The notes under the pieces: generated by a model
What the model was told of the DNA's origin: nothing
Seen by the model: only the letters and a program-made list of their open reading frames with translations
Databases searched by the model: none
Part shown: positions 9,705 to 20,721 of the stretch, in pieces
How the letters are laid out: the number at the start of each line of letters is the position of its first letter
How positions within the stretch are numbered: position 1 is the first letter of the stretch
Made by a program: the position numbers and the translations under genes
Source: an uncultured Methanoregulaceae archaeon
GTDB taxonomy: Archaea > Halobacteriota > Methanomicrobia > Methanomicrobiales > Methanospirillaceae
Length of the DNA stretch: 64,000 nt
Assembly: GCA_963737635.1 (NCBI GenBank)
Contig: CAVTTL010000001.1
Coordinates: 448,001-512,000 of the forward strand
Reading direction: 5' to 3'

Positions 9705-10019
9705 TTATTTATACACCCGTTTCGAAAATTCACCGACCAGCTCGTCAAGGTGTGTAGTCGTCTGGTCATACTTCTGGGTCATGCGGTTCGAGATCTCCTC
9801 AAGGTTGGAACGCAGCATTCTTTCCCGGGTGATTACATTCTTTTCGAGATTCCTGACCTTGATCTGGAGAGACAAAAAAAGCCCACCCAACGAAAGCATC
9901 ATAAGAGCGGCAGCAACAGCAATCGTTAAGTCCTGCCAGAACCGCAGGATCAGAAAGATGGTCGAGATGACCATGACTGCCGTGAGCAGGATGTCGGGGA
10001 GATACTCGGGAATATCCAT
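9705..10019 (-). CDS. Small two-TM membrane protein with coiled-coil tail
   Basis: Two hydrophobic segments then a heptad-like region; fills the gap upstream of fen. Confidence 0.7.
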   Translation of the reverse strand: MDIPEYLPDILLTAVMVISTIFLILRFWQDLTIAVAAALMMLSLGGLFLSLQIKVRNLEKNVITRERMLRSNLEEISNRMTQKYDQTTTHLDELVGEFSKRVYK

Positions 10020-10076
10020 GCTTTTAGATGATGAGAGCGCACATCATTAAGTTAACTATACCACCGGAGACCCCTT

Positions 10077-10979
10077 ATGGATACAAGCATTGTAAAAAAG
10101 TACTTCCCGTTCCTTGTGATGCCCGCGTTCCTTGTCATCGTGGAACTGGGTTCGCTCGCACTCTCGCTCCCGGTACAATCCGCCGGCCTTTCGGCATTCC
10201 AGAACCCCCAGTCCCTTATCGACCCGCTCATCTTTATTGCGATGATCCTTGGGTTTACCGCTTTCCTCCTCGTGTTGATTAAGTTCGGCCTCAAGAACGT
10301 GATCGCATGGGTGATCGGGATCTCTATCTTTCTTACCTTTGTTTACACTTTTGCCGCTATCGTCCCGATAATTATAGGACCCGGCTATGCCCAGGCAGCG
10401 GCCATGGTTGCCCTCGCAATCATTGCAACCGTTCTTTTGTATAAATACCCGGAATGGTATGTCATTGATGCCCTCGGACTCCTCCTTGCGGCTGGTGTCG
10501 CCTCAATCTTCGGTGTTTCACTTGGCACCGTCCCGGTTATCCTGCTTCTTGTGATCCTTGCGGTTTACGACGCAATCTCGGTCTACAAGACGAAACATAT
10601 GATCACCCTTGCTGAAGGGGTCATCGATCTGAAAACCCCGATCCTCTTTGTCATACCCAAAAAACGCAGTTATTCATTTATCAAAGAGGGGATCGGAAAG
10701 ATAGGCGAAGGGGAGGAGCGTTCTGCATTTATCATCGGTATGGGCGACCTGATCATACCCTCGATGCTTGTTGTTTCTGCAAACATCTTTACCGGCGGGA
10801 TAAAATATTTCGGGTTTTTCAACCTGCCAGCTATCGGAGCTATGATTGGCTCCATCGCCGGCCTTGTCGTTCTGCTCCACTTTGTCATGTCAGGACGCCC
10901 ACAGGCAGGGCTGCCCCCGTTAAATGGGGGGACAATCCTCGGGTTTATCATCGGCTGGGCGCTCATCGGCTTTGCGTGA
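10077..10979 (+). CDS. Presenilin/SPP-family intramembrane aspartyl protease (PSH-like)
   Basis: About nine TM segments, YD (AVYDAIS), GMGD and QAGLP motifs. Confidence 0.93.
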   Translation: MDTSIVKKYFPFLVMPAFLVIVELGSLALSLPVQSAGLSAFQNPQSLIDPLIFIAMILGFTAFLLVLIKFGLKNVIAWVIGISIFLTFVYTFAAIVPIIIGPGYAQAAAMVALAIIATVLLYKYPEWYVIDALGLLLAAGVASIFGVSLGTVPVILLLVILAVYDAISVYKTKHMITLAEGVIDLKTPILFVIPKKRSYSFIKEGIGKIGEGEERSAFIIGMGDLIIPSMLVVSANIFTGGIKYFGFFNLPAIGAMIGSIAGLVVLLHFVMSGRPQAGLPPLNGGTILGFIIGWALIGFA

Positions 10980-11912
10980 GGCTTCCCAATCCTTGCGGCG
11001 GGAGAGAAGGTTTTCCAGTACCGCATCGACCCCATCCCGGCTTTCGGTGGACATCGAGAGGTAACCTTCCTTAACTGTGATATCAGACTTATTAGCCACA
11101 ACGATCAGTGGTACGCGTACCATGCCCCTGACCTCATCGAGAAGGCGCAGCTGCACCTCCATGGGGTACCCGCAATGCTCAGAGGGATCGAGAATAAAGA
11201 GGATCACGCTCGCCACATTCATCATGGCAGAGAGTGCCTGCCGCTCGATCGGATTTCTCTCGTTTGCGGGACGGTCGAGGATCCCCGGGGTATCCACGAA
11301 TTGGACGCGGTTCCTGCCCTCCATGCGGATTCCGACGATCACCCCTTTTGTCGTGAACGGGTAGGACGCGATCTCAGGAGTTGCTGAAGATACGAGCCGG
11401 ATAAACGAGGACTTTCCCACATTGGGGTACCCTGCAATCACAACGGTGAACGCGTCTTCTATATGGGGCAGCTTCCGCAGGGTGTTCCTCACCTCATTTA
11501 AGAACCGCAGATCCTTGTCTATTTGGTGAACCATTGAGGCGAGCCGGGCGACCGCCCGTTTCCGGAGCACGAGGGTCTCCGAAGACTTCCGGGTCTGTAC
11601 GGCAATCTCGTGGCCCACCATCTTTGTGTGCTTTGCCGCCCAGCCGACCGCCCCGAGAGATTGTTTGATTTTATCCACACCGTAGAGAATTTCAGCCATC
11701 TCGCGGTAAAATTGCGGAATTTCCTCAAACTCGGGAAATCCCCTGATGACGTATACCAGCCGGTCATGAATAGCGGCACCAACTGCCCGCACAAACTCCT
11801 CGTTTGCCCGGTCCTTGTTGAGTTTCTCTTTCATCTTCTTTGCTGCCCTGCGGAAACTCCGGTCAAGGATCTCATCTGCAGTGGGCACAGTAGGCATTCG
11901 TTCGAATTCCAC
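10920..11912 (-). CDS. NOG1-family GTP-binding protein
   Basis: GYPNVGKSS, YPFTTKG, DTPGILDR, NKSD motifs after a helical N-domain; GTG start follows GGAG. Confidence 0.93.
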   Translation of the reverse strand: MEFERMPTVPTADEILDRSFRRAAKKMKEKLNKDRANEEFVRAVGAAIHDRLVYVIRGFPEFEEIPQFYREMAEILYGVDKIKQSLGAVGWAAKHTKMVGHEIAVQTRKSSETLVLRKRAVARLASMVHQIDKDLRFLNEVRNTLRKLPHIEDAFTVVIAGYPNVGKSSFIRLVSSATPEIASYPFTTKGVIVGIRMEGRNRVQFVDTPGILDRPANERNPIERQALSAMMNVASVILFILDPSEHCGYPMEVQLRLLDEVRGMVRVPLIVVANKSDITVKEGYLSMSTESRDGVDAVLENLLSRRKDWEASRKADERPADDKPEDCPPI

Positions 11913-11958
11913 AAAACTCCAACCTATATATTCATAGAGCGTGATACGTCTTATCGTT

Positions 11959-12837
11959 ATGGAACTGTCCCTGATCCAGAAGGATATCCTTATCACGCTC
12001 ATCACCCTCTACCACCAGCAGTCCCATTCCATCAAGGGTGAGGAGATCGCGGATATGATCCAACGGAACCCGGGTACTGTTCGCAACCAGATGCAGTCCC
12101 TTAAGGCGGTTGGTCTCGTAGACGGTGTTCCCGGCCCCAAAGGTGGGTACATCCCCACCCAGCTGGCATACCAGGAACTCAACCTGAGTGTATCTGACGG
12201 GGACTACGATGTCCCGATCAGCCGTGACGGTGAACGAATCAAAGGGGCACATGTCCAAGAGATCGATTTTACCACGCTCTGCCACCCGGACGTCTGCCAT
12301 GCGGTCATCAAGCTTGTCGGCAGCGCAAAGATCTTCGAGATCGGCGACAAGATCACCATCGGCCCGACACCGGTGAACAAGCTCCTGATCCGTGGAGAGG
12401 TCTTCGGGAAAGATGAATCCAAGCAGTCACTTCTCATTGCCACGTCGGAGATGATCTCACTCCCCAAGCAGCCGATAAAAGCCTACATGAGCACCCCTCT
12501 CAAGGCTCTCTCGACTACTCAGACCGTCCGGGATGCTGTCACCCTTTTCAGCCGGCACCGTATTCACGGTGCACCGGTCCTCGACGGGGAACGCCTTGCA
12601 GGCATTGTTACCATGAGCGACATTGCAAAAGCCCTTGACCGTGGCCTGCCGCTCGAAACTCCCCTTACGTCAGTGATGACCCATGACGTAGTCCAAGCAC
12701 CATCAGATGTCAAGCTTTTCGATGTAATCCGGCGTTTCAAGGAACGCGAGATCGGGCGGCTGGTAGTGACCGAGAATGGGAAGCCGGTGGGAATCCTCAC
12801 CCAGTCTGATATTATCCGGGTCTTTCCTTCACTCTGA
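11959..12837 (+). CDS. wHTH (HrcA-like) + CBS-pair transcriptional regulator
   Basis: IKGEEIA...GTVRNQMQSLKAVGLVDGVPGPKGGY N-terminus and two C-terminal CBS domains. Confidence 0.9.
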   Translation: MELSLIQKDILITLITLYHQQSHSIKGEEIADMIQRNPGTVRNQMQSLKAVGLVDGVPGPKGGYIPTQLAYQELNLSVSDGDYDVPISRDGERIKGAHVQEIDFTTLCHPDVCHAVIKLVGSAKIFEIGDKITIGPTPVNKLLIRGEVFGKDESKQSLLIATSEMISLPKQPIKAYMSTPLKALSTTQTVRDAVTLFSRHRIHGAPVLDGERLAGIVTMSDIAKALDRGLPLETPLTSVMTHDVVQAPSDVKLFDVIRRFKEREIGRLVVTENGKPVGILTQSDIIRVFPSL

Positions 12838-13002
12838 TCCTTTATACCCACTCCAGAAATTTTTCCCCTTACAAAGAGGTTACATCCATTTCCAACGGCC
12901 GGGTGCTAAAAAGAACCAAAAAGTCGGATTAAATTCTCAAAATAACCTGTTATCCCCGCCATTTCAGAACACTTTAAATATTAATACATCGTCATTTTTT
13001 TC

Positions 13003-13257
13003 ATGACTCGAACATTTGCCCGCAGCCTCTCGCGAAAAAAGATCATGAGCAACGATGGCAAGCTTATCGGAACGCTCAAGAACATCAGGGTTGATTTCGA
13101 TTCCGGGCAGGTTCTCGATCTGATGGTACACCCTGACCAGTCTTTTGTCACTGACGGTTACGCCCTGGAAGACGGCAACCTGCTGATCGTCCCCTTTGAG
13201 TCGGTAAAAGACATCAAGGACTACATTGTCGTTGACCGTTACCTTGCCCGAAGGTAA
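13003..13257 (+). CDS. PRC-barrel domain protein (CdpB-like)
   Basis: LSRKKIMSNDGKLIGTL...D..SG.V..L...VPFESVKDIKDYIVV; TATA box TTTAAATA about 25 nt upstream suggests a leaderless mRNA. Confidence 0.85.
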   Translation: MTRTFARSLSRKKIMSNDGKLIGTLKNIRVDFDSGQVLDLMVHPDQSFVTDGYALEDGNLLIVPFESVKDIKDYIVVDRYLARR

Positions 13258-13937
13258 GTCCTATATTTTTTTGTGGCTTGGACAAAGCCCTTTCCGTACG
13301 CTTCTTCCATAATATCCGATGCTGCTTTTTTTGTTGCCGGGTGGGCATTGGCAATCGTTACACCCCTGCCGGCCCATTCGAGCATCTGGACATCGTTGAT
13401 ACCGTCACCGATAGCAAAAAAGTCTTTCGGGGAAAGGCCCATATCACGTGCAAGGGCAAGAAGGGCAGTTCCCTTGCTGATGCCTTCGGCTTGAAGATGA
13501 ATGGCAAACCCGGTGTCGATCACCTGCACCGTCTGGCCAGCAAGTACCTGTGCCACCTCTTCTGCAGGCACGGTCCGGGCAAATGCAAGGTCTGTATACC
13601 GGTACGTGGGGTTGTAGAGGTCAAGCTCGATCCCTTTCTTCCGGTAATAAGCCTGCACGATCTCAAGGGCAGTACTGCTGACCCCCTGATCACCGTTGAT
13701 GTGGAGGGTACCGGTGTGCCCGATCCGGTACACACCGCCATTCTCTGCAATAAACGTCCCCCCGGTGCCAATCATTTTACAGAGAGCATCCATAAAACAG
13801 GAGGTATTTCCACTTGCTAGGACAACTTCGATTCCGTCATCCACAAGCGATCTGATACACTCTATCGCCCCGGTGTCTATCCTGCGGGATGGATCTGTGA
13901 TAGTCCCATCCACATCAGTGAGGAGTGCTTTTAACAC
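13239..13937 (-). CDS. Phosphoglycolate phosphatase (HAD, SPP-like)
   Basis: DVDGTIT, LASGN, AENGG, ISKG, IGDGIND motifs. Confidence 0.92.
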   Translation of the reverse strand: MLKALLTDVDGTITDPSRRIDTGAIECIRSLVDDGIEVVLASGNTSCFMDALCKMIGTGGTFIAENGGVYRIGHTGTLHINGDQGVSSTALEIVQAYYRKKGIELDLYNPTYRYTDLAFARTVPAEEVAQVLAGQTVQVIDTGFAIHLQAEGISKGTALLALARDMGLSPKDFFAIGDGINDVQMLEWAGRGVTIANAHPATKKAASDIMEEAYGKGFVQATKKYRTYLRAR

Positions 13938-14908
13938 GGCTTAAGTCCTGCCTCTTCAACCATGAATGGTGCTTCACCCTCAGGAAGGTTAGGGCTGTCC
14001 ACGAGACGGGCGATGCGTTTGCCCGCCTTGCTCTTGCGCAGATATATCCGGAAGGTCGCCGTGTGGCCAACGATATTTCCTCCGATGGGTTTTGTCGGAT
14101 CACCAAAGAACACGGCTGGGTTGGACATGACCTGGTTGGTCACGAGACCGACGGCATTGTGCTCATCGATGAGCTTGAAGAGCTCATGCATATGCCGGTT
14201 GAGTTTCTGCTGCCGTGCGGCAAGCGTGCCCCGGCCTGCGTACTCTGACCTGAAATGGGCGGTGAGCGAATCGATGATGAAGAGTTTTACCGGCTTGTCG
14301 CTGGATTTAAGTTCGTTTGCGAGATCCCGGGAATTCTCCACCAGAAGCATCTGGTGGTCTGATGTGTGCGCCCGGGCGATATGGATATTGTCCAGCACCT
14401 CTTGGGTGTCCGGGACGTTATCAATGCCCAGGCCCGCAACCATCTGCTCGACACGCTCCGGTCGGAACGTGTTCTCGGTATCGATATAGATAACGCTGCC
14501 GTTAAGGCCTCCCTGGTCCTCGGGAAGCTGGACATTGACCGCCATCTGGTGGACGATCTGGCTTTTACCGGAACCAAACTCACCGTACATTTCGGTGATC
14601 GCCTGCGTTTCCAGACCCCCGCCCAAGAGCGTATCGAGCTCCGGGACCCGGAACGAAAGCTTCCTGATGTCCTTTCTCTGCTCAAAGATGTCTTTTCCAG
14701 TCCTGAAACTGCCGATATCCGCTGATTCGCGGGCCGCCTTTATAATCTTTTTAGCCGTAGACTCTGATATCTCCGTGATCTCTGAGAGCTCTGCAGGTGA
14801 AGCAGTTGCAATGCTCTCAACGGAAAGGTATCCTGCTTCGCGAAGCTTGTCGGCAGTGCTTGGTCCGACACCGGGTAAATCTTCTATTTCTAACGCTTTG
14901 TCAGCCAT
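13931..14908 (-). CDS. radA: DNA repair and recombination protein RadA
   Basis: HhH N-domain (LPGVG), [36 protein letters not shown]. Confidence 0.98.
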   Translation of the reverse strand: MADKALEIEDLPGVGPSTADKLREAGYLSVESIATASPAELSEITEISESTAKKIIKAARESADIGSFRTGKDIFEQRKDIRKLSFRVPELDTLLGGGLETQAITEMYGEFGSGKSQIVHQMAVNVQLPEDQGGLNGSVIYIDTENTFRPERVEQMVAGLGIDNVPDTQEVLDNIHIARAHTSDHQMLLVENSRDLANELKSSDKPVKLFIIDSLTAHFRSEYAGRGTLAARQQKLNRHMHELFKLIDEHNAVGLVTNQVMSNPAVFFGDPTKPIGGNIVGHTATFRIYLRKSKAGKRIARLVDSPNLPEGEAPFMVEEAGLKPC

Positions 14909-14986
14909 TTCTAGTACATCTCCTATGGCACAACAACATTTTAACACCACCCATATAACCCGGGGCCGTGCGCAGGGTGAAAGTGA

Positions 14987-16297
14987 TTAAGGCGGCGCCG
15001 GGGTCTCCAGCCGGGAGGCGAGGGCAGAAAGGCGCCCTGCCACCTGTTCCGGGGTCTTCTCTGCCGGTTCTACGGTCTCCGGAATGAGGCGGCTCCCACA
15101 GAGCATGCCTGTAATCCGTACATCGCGCCCGGAAGGGATCTCACCTTCAATAAGATACCGCTCCGTGCCATCATCGATAAACATACCCCCGCTACCGGGG
15201 ATGATAGTCCCGGTAAAAGTAACGGTCCGGGGCGCCTCGTGCGGCATCCGTACGACGCTTCCTTTGCCCACCCCGAGCTCGAAGCCTCCGAACCGGCCAG
15301 GCTTTGCCGTCGCATGATAGATCTCGATCCGGTCGCCGGGCTGCACCGGCGCCAGCGCCTTCTCTCCCCAGAGAACAACATTGAGTGTATCGTCACCGTC
15401 ACCGATGCGAATATTCCGGACCCACGATGCTGTCCCATCCCGCGAAGTAAACGACCGGGGCTCCTGCGCAGTTTTCACCTCACTTCGCACGGAATAAGTA
15501 CCAGTGGCACTGACTGATGCGAGCGCAGCAAAAGGAACCGCGACGCTGGTATCGGAAAGACGTATCCTGCCCGTCTCATCAATGCTGTATGCCCGTCCTC
15601 CGGAACGACGATCAGGTTTTGCCCCCGCGATATGGATCACGCTTCCCGCCGGGATGTCCTTCAGCAGCTCCGGTGCCCAGATGACAAGGCGGGCCGTACC
15701 TTCTGCGTTGCCAATGACGCACTCCGTCATCTCGCCGGTCGTCCCGTCCCTTCGGGTGAATGTACGGGGTGCATCTGTACCGATCAGGATCGCATCGAGA
15801 TCGACCGGTTCCGTTGACAGAGCCGCCCCGCTCCCGCCGGCTGTCGCGGTGCAGGTGATTTCGCAGGTCGCTTTGCGTAAGGCTAGTGCATAGATCTCCC
15901 GGGTGCTCTTTCCCGGGTGCCTTCCAATAACTTCCAGCACGTCGCCTGCCGCGATCTCGAGGGCCGCACCTGCCTTCTCGTCCCAGAGCACGACACGAGT
16001 GGTCCCGGTCTCGTCACCCACAAGAAGCGTGGCAACCCACCCCTTCTCGCCATCTTTACGGTCGAACTCCTTTGGCTCAGTTTTGTCAATCACCTTTGCA
16101 AAAAAACAGAACAGGCTGGACTTCCCCGAAAGATCCCGGATTTTGACGTGCTGCCGCCCGAGTGCTCCAACTACAAGCATCGCGGCAGTGGGTTCATCGA
16201 GGAGATCGCCGCACTCCTCGATTTTCTCTTCCACGCGCCGTTCGAACTCTTCCTGAGTGATGAGATCATCGATAAGTGCATAATGGAAGAGTACCAC
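14987..16297 (-). CDS. rpa: Replication protein A / multi-OB-fold ssDNA-binding protein
   Basis: Three repeats of F.R.DG..G.V....GD.TG..R.VLW; directly upstream of radA. Confidence 0.88.
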   Translation of the reverse strand: MVLFHYALIDDLITQEEFERRVEEKIEECGDLLDEPTAAMLVVGALGRQHVKIRDLSGKSSLFCFFAKVIDKTEPKEFDRKDGEKGWVATLLVGDETGTTRVVLWDEKAGAALEIAAGDVLEVIGRHPGKSTREIYALALRKATCEITCTATAGGSGAALSTEPVDLDAILIGTDAPRTFTRRDGTTGEMTECVIGNAEGTARLVIWAPELLKDIPAGSVIHIAGAKPDRRSGGRAYSIDETGRIRLSDTSVAVPFAALASVSATGTYSVRSEVKTAQEPRSFTSRDGTASWVRNIRIGDGDDTLNVVLWGEKALAPVQPGDRIEIYHATAKPGRFGGFELGVGKGSVVRMPHEAPRTVTFTGTIIPGSGGMFIDDGTERYLIEGEIPSGRDVRITGMLCGSRLIPETVEPAEKTPEQVAGRLSALASRLETPAPP

Positions 16298-16312
16298 GGC
16301 CTTCCTCCCACC

Positions 16313-17606
16313 TCACCGCTGCCAGGGTGGGCGCAGCATAGTGCCGGTCAGATCGGCGAGGGTCTCACCACGCCGCATGAGCGCGGCTTCGTTCCCGTGG
16401 ACTAGCACTTCGGGGCAACGGGGCCGGCCGTTGTATTGGGAGGACATGGCGTACCCGTAGGCCCCGGCGTCCAGCACCGCTATCAGATCACCGGAAGCAA
16501 GATCCGGTAGTTTCCGGTCAGCGGCAAAGATGTCTCCGGTCTCGCATATAGGCCCGGTAACAGTATATTCTGTGGTTAAGGCGGCAGCTGCACGGTTAGC
16601 CACAACAACTTCGTGATAGGCATCATACATCGCAGGCCGGATAAGAAGGTTGAAGCCGGCGTCCACATTTGCAAACCTTTTGTGTGCTGACTTTGTCGAA
16701 TTGACCCGGGTGAGAAGTACGGTCGAATCCGCTACGAGGAATCGTCCCGGCTCGACCCAGAGTTCCGGAGTTATCCCGGCCGCCTTGATTCCGGCAAGGA
16801 AGACCGGCATGACCGCATTCGCGTAAGCCTCCGGGGTTGGTGCCGGATCGGTGTCATGGTGGTAAGGGACACCGAGACCACCGCCGAGGTCAAGGAACTC
16901 CAGGTTCACACCCATGCCGGAAAGTTCGCGGGCGATCCTCACCATCACTTCTGCGGCACGGGCAAATGGCTCAACGTCGAGGATCTGTGACCCGATGTGG
17001 CAGTGGATACCGACCGGTTTTATGTTTTTGCAGGAAAGGGCCTCCCGGTAAGCGGCCGGGATCTGATCGTGGGGGATCCCGAACTTGCTTGTGGCAAGAC
17101 CGGTTGCGATCTTCGGATGGGTCGGGACTTCGAGCGCAGGGTTGACCCGAAACGAGATCTCAGCGATTTTTTTGGCCTCCCGGGCCGCTGCATCGAGTTG
17201 GTGGAGCTCGTCAAGAGAGTCAACTGATACTTTCACTCCGTGTTGGACGGCAAGGGCCAGATCGCTTTTCGTTTTCGAACTGCCATTAAAGAGCAGTTTT
17301 TTTGCCGGGCATGCCCGCTTCAAGGGCAAGCATGAGTTCGCCACTGGAAAAGACATCGGCCCCGGCACCCAGCTGCGCAAGCGCCCTCATCACCGCCAGG
17401 TTGCCGTTTGCCTTTGCCGCAAAGAGCACTTGGACCTTCGGGTACCGGGTGGACAGAGACTGCAGGTAGTCCCTGAAATGTTCACAGATCCGATCCTCAC
17501 TTGTTACATAGAGCGGCGTCCCATAGGTTTCCGCAAGGGAAACGCAGTCCTGGCTGCCAATATTGAGATGCCCATTTCGTATCGTAAGATGCGGAGGGAG
17601 TTTCAC
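16313..17606 (-). CDS. lysA: Diaminopimelate decarboxylase (frameshift near 17320)
   Basis: FAAKAN (PLP Lys), HCHIGSQ, LGGG, EPGR, GPICETGD, AGAYG; the two parts join across one frameshift. Confidence 0.95.
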
Positions 17607-18751
17607 AGGTCAAGCCTCCGCATGCGTTCGATGGCTTCTTTGATCCTTTCGACCGGTCGGGTGATTGCAAACCGGACATATCCCTCTCCAGCAGAGCCAA
17701 AGCCAATACCCGGCGTTACAACGATACCCGCCGTGTTCAGGAGTTTTGCCGCAAAAGACATGCAGTCTTTTACCGGCATCCAGACATAAAAAGTGGCTTT
17801 GGGGAGAGGTACATCAAAGCCCAGCTCACAGAGCCCGGAGACCAGCACATCCCGGCGTTCCTGATAGATTGCGCAGGCCTCTTTAACACAATCCTGCGGG
17901 CCAGAGAGAGCAGCGATTGCGGCGTGCTGAACCGCGTTGAAGACGCCGGAGTCGATATTGGTCTTGACCCGGCCAAGGCCGGCAAGGATCTCTGCGTTCC
18001 CGACTGCCATGCCAATCCGCCAGCCAGTCATATTATACGTCTTGGAAAGCGAGTGCATCTCGACACCCACCTCCATCGCTCCCTTTGCCTCCAGGAATGA
18101 AGGGGCGCGGTAGCCGTTAAACGCAACTTCCGAGTACGGGTTATCCGAGACCACAACAATGTTGTTGTCGGCGGCAAAATCCACCACCTCGCGGTAGAAC
18201 GAGAGCGGTGCCACAGCAGACTGTGGGATTATTGGGGTAATTGATGAACATGAGCTTTGCAGAGCGGACGACGTTTTTTGGTATATCGTCGAGGACCGGA
18301 AGGAAATGATTCTTCTGTAAAAGCGGCATCTCGTAGACTTTACCTTCAGCAAACAAGGTGCCGGTCGAGTACCCGGGTAACCAGGGCTCGGGGCGAGAAC
18401 GTAGTCGCCGGGGTTCACGAATGCTTCTCCGATGTGGGTGATCCCGTCCTTTGACCCCATTAGGGTGAGTGTCTCCTTTGACGCATCGAGCGTGACCCCG
18501 AACCTTTTGTGGTACCAACCGGCAACAGCTTCCCGATAGGCAGGCATCCCGGCATACGAAGGATAGTGGTGGTTATCCGGGTCTCGTGCGGCAGTACAGA
18601 GTGCGGCAACGATATGTGGAGGTGTGGGGAGATCCGGGTCTCCGACACCCAGATCGATGATATCAACACCTTTTTTTACCTGCTCAGCTTTCATCTCGTC
18701 AATCCGTGCAAAAAGATACGGCGGGAGATTGCTCATGCGTGTTGAGTACAT
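17603..18751 (-). CDS. dapL: LL-diaminopimelate aminotransferase (two compensating frameshifts ~18225-18375)
   Basis: [32 protein letters not shown]; the missing INYPNNPT segment is in the alternate frame (ORF 18141..18518); overlaps the lysA start. Confidence 0.9.
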   Translation of the reverse strand: MYSTRMSNLPPYLFARIDEMKAEQVKKGVDIIDLGVGDPDLPTPPHIVAALCTAARDPDNHHYPSYAGMPAYREAVAGWYHKRFGVTLDASKETLTLMGSKDGITHIGEAFVNPGDYVLAPSPGYPGTRPAPCLLKVKSTRCRFYRRIISFRSSTIYQKTSSALQSSCSSITPIIPQSAVAPLSFYREVVDFAADNNIVVVSDNPYSEVAFNGYRAPSFLEAKGAMEVGVEMHSLSKTYNMTGWRIGMAVGNAEILAGLGRVKTNIDSGVFNAVQHAAIAALSGPQDCVKEACAIYQERRDVLVSGLCELGFDVPLPKATFYVWMPVKDCMSFAAKLLNTAGIVVTPGIGFGSAGEGYVRFAITRPVERIKEAIERMRRLDL

Positions 18752-18899
18752 AGGTAGTACACGTTAGAGTCACCGGCTCTAGTAATTAACGATCAAAAGG
18801 AGAGTCCTCTGAATATAACGAAGGTAGTGGCGGGGGATCTTTAATATGGGAGCAAGCAAACCAGTGGCATGAAGGAGGCTTCCCCGAGGTGATGCAGAA

Positions 18900-19223
18900 T
18901 TGGTAACGGATATCGTAGTGATCCTGTGCACGGCAGCACCGGATGATGCAGCAGCGATAGCAGAGCAGCTGGTAAGCCGCAGGCTGGTAGCCTGCGTCAA
19001 TATCGTCCCGGTCCAGTCCACGTACCGGTGGAAAGGCAGAGTCTGCCATGAGCCGGAGCAGCTGATGATCGCAAAAACGACAAAGGCTCACGCTGACGCG
19101 GCGGTTGCTGCCCTTCGATCGTTGCATCCGTACGAGGTCCCGGAGATTATCGTCGTCCCGGTTACTTCCGGCCATGCACCGTATCTCGACTGGGTGCGGC
19201 GCGAAACTGGTAACACCGTCTGA
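18900..19223 (+). CDS. cutA: Divalent-cation tolerance protein CutA
   Basis: LVACVNI, STYRWKG, HPYEVPEI. Confidence 0.95.
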   Translation: MVTDIVVILCTAAPDDAAAIAEQLVSRRLVACVNIVPVQSTYRWKGRVCHEPEQLMIAKTTKAHADAAVAALRSLHPYEVPEIIVVPVTSGHAPYLDWVRRETGNTV

Positions 19224-19319
19224 TTCAGTGCTACCTGATGATCTGCGAGACAATACAGAATACACAGGATTATTGCTTCGCGATAAAATAGTGAATTGTA
19301 CAAATACCGGGAGCAGGAC

Positions 19320-19794
19320 ATGGATCCGGATACTAATATTCCCCCGAAAACAGCCCTTTTTGTGCTGGGATGCCCGCAGGTGCCCGTACAGACAAGCATC
19401 GCGCTGTATCTGATAAGCCGGTGCAAAGCCGCTGGTATAACTCCGATTATCAGCCGGTAACAAAGCAGCAAACACGCTGCTTATCGTTGCAGATCCTGAC
19501 CGGCACTACCTTGGGGAAGTCATGGATCTTGACCGGGCTGTTGCCCAGATCACCGAGAAGAAGCGGGACTTCGACCGGTGCTTTGTCTTTATCCATAACG
19601 ATGCTGGGATCAGTTACGCCGCGACAATGGCGGTGATCTCCCGGGCACGCCTTTACGTCCTGATCTACGGCGAACACCAAGATGACCTCGCCGGCCAGAT
19701 TACATTTCCCTGCACGAAAATTGTGGCTAAAGCGGTTCACAACCCCCTGCCGCTGAAAAAAGCGATCGATGAGGTGGCGCCATGGGCTGCGTAG
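19320..19794 (+). CDS. DUF1890-like methanogen protein (frameshift ~19455)
   Basis: ATG 19320 gives ALFVLGCPQVPVQ; a shifted frame gives ADPDRHY...FIHNDAG...AVHNPLPL; paired with the downstream gene. Confidence 0.75.
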
Positions 19795-20063
19795 AAGCGC
19801 TTAACTACGAGATTCTTCTCCGGGATGCATCGTTTAAAGAGTGCCGGGAGTATATCAGGAGCCACTTTTCAGAATCAATCGATGTCGAGCCGGGATTCAA
19901 GATATTCGATGTCCATACTATTGGAGTGCCCCCGATTGCGGTTGGTCTTGAAGGGGATTATGTCATTTTCCCGTACACCAAGCCATGCCATGGGACATTT
20001 CTGCTCCGGGTGCAGGATGCAGAGGAAGCTGCGCGACTGCGGGCGTTAAAAAAAGTCCGGTAA
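19782..20063 (+). CDS. DUF1894-like methanogen protein
   Basis: SFKECREYI...GVPPI...PYTKPCHGTF; overlaps the upstream gene. Confidence 0.75.
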   Translation: MGCVEALNYEILLRDASFKECREYIRSHFSESIDVEPGFKIFDVHTIGVPPIAVGLEGDYVIFPYTKPCHGTFLLRVQDAEEAARLRALKKVR

Positions 20064-20240
20064 CATTATATTGTAACGGTTGAATGTTACGACTCGGCGA
20101 AGATGAGTGACGAGGCGCCGACCGGGTTGTCCTCCCAGTAATTGGGTGCAGTATTCCAGCCTTTTTGGATCTGTATGACACCCTGTCACTGGGGAAAATA
20201 TATAGTACGCCCGTGAAGTATTACACGAGAGAGGAACGGC

Positions 20241-20630
20241 ATGGCAGGTAAAGGGAAAGTGCTCCTTGTTGACGATGAAGAGATTATTCTGGATGTTTCC
20301 CGCGAGGTGCTCCGGTTCCTTGGGTACGACGCTGCTTTTGTCAGAGAGGGGGCGGCTGCAATTAAGTTGTACGCACAGGAAAAAGAGGCGGGCATGCCGT
20401 TTGATCTCGTCATTATTGACCTTACTATCCCCGAGGGAATGGGGGGCCGGGAGACAATAGAAAAACTCCGGATCTACGATCCTTGTGTGAAAGCTGTCGT
20501 TTCGAGCGGGTATGCTAATGATCCGGTCATGCAGGATTTTACACGTTACGGCTTTTCCGGCAGGCTCACCAAACCTTACCGGATCAATGAGATGAAAACG
20601 CTCCTTGAAGAGATGATCCGGAAGAATTGA
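20241..20630 (+). CDS. Stand-alone response regulator receiver
   Basis: VLLVDDE, IIDLTIP.GMGG, SSGY, LTKPY. Confidence 0.93.
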   Translation: MAGKGKVLLVDDEEIILDVSREVLRFLGYDAAFVREGAAAIKLYAQEKEAGMPFDLVIIDLTIPEGMGGRETIEKLRIYDPCVKAVVSSGYANDPVMQDFTRYGFSGRLTKPYRINEMKTLLEEMIRKN

Positions 20631-20721
20631 TACTTTAAAATATAGTTTTTATCCGAAGATCGTCATCATCCCAACATATATACCATCCCCGGAAACATCA
20701 GAGATGTTGAGGGACTATTCT

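Noticed and set aside
10920-10979. 60-nt convergent overlap of the PSH and NOG1 genes
   Set aside because: Tail-to-tail overlaps are common, and this one may reflect an indel near the NOG1 stop.
20095-20190. Possible box C/D sRNA (GTGACGA...CCGA)
   Set aside because: The box spacing is too short for guides and no terminal CTGA box was found.
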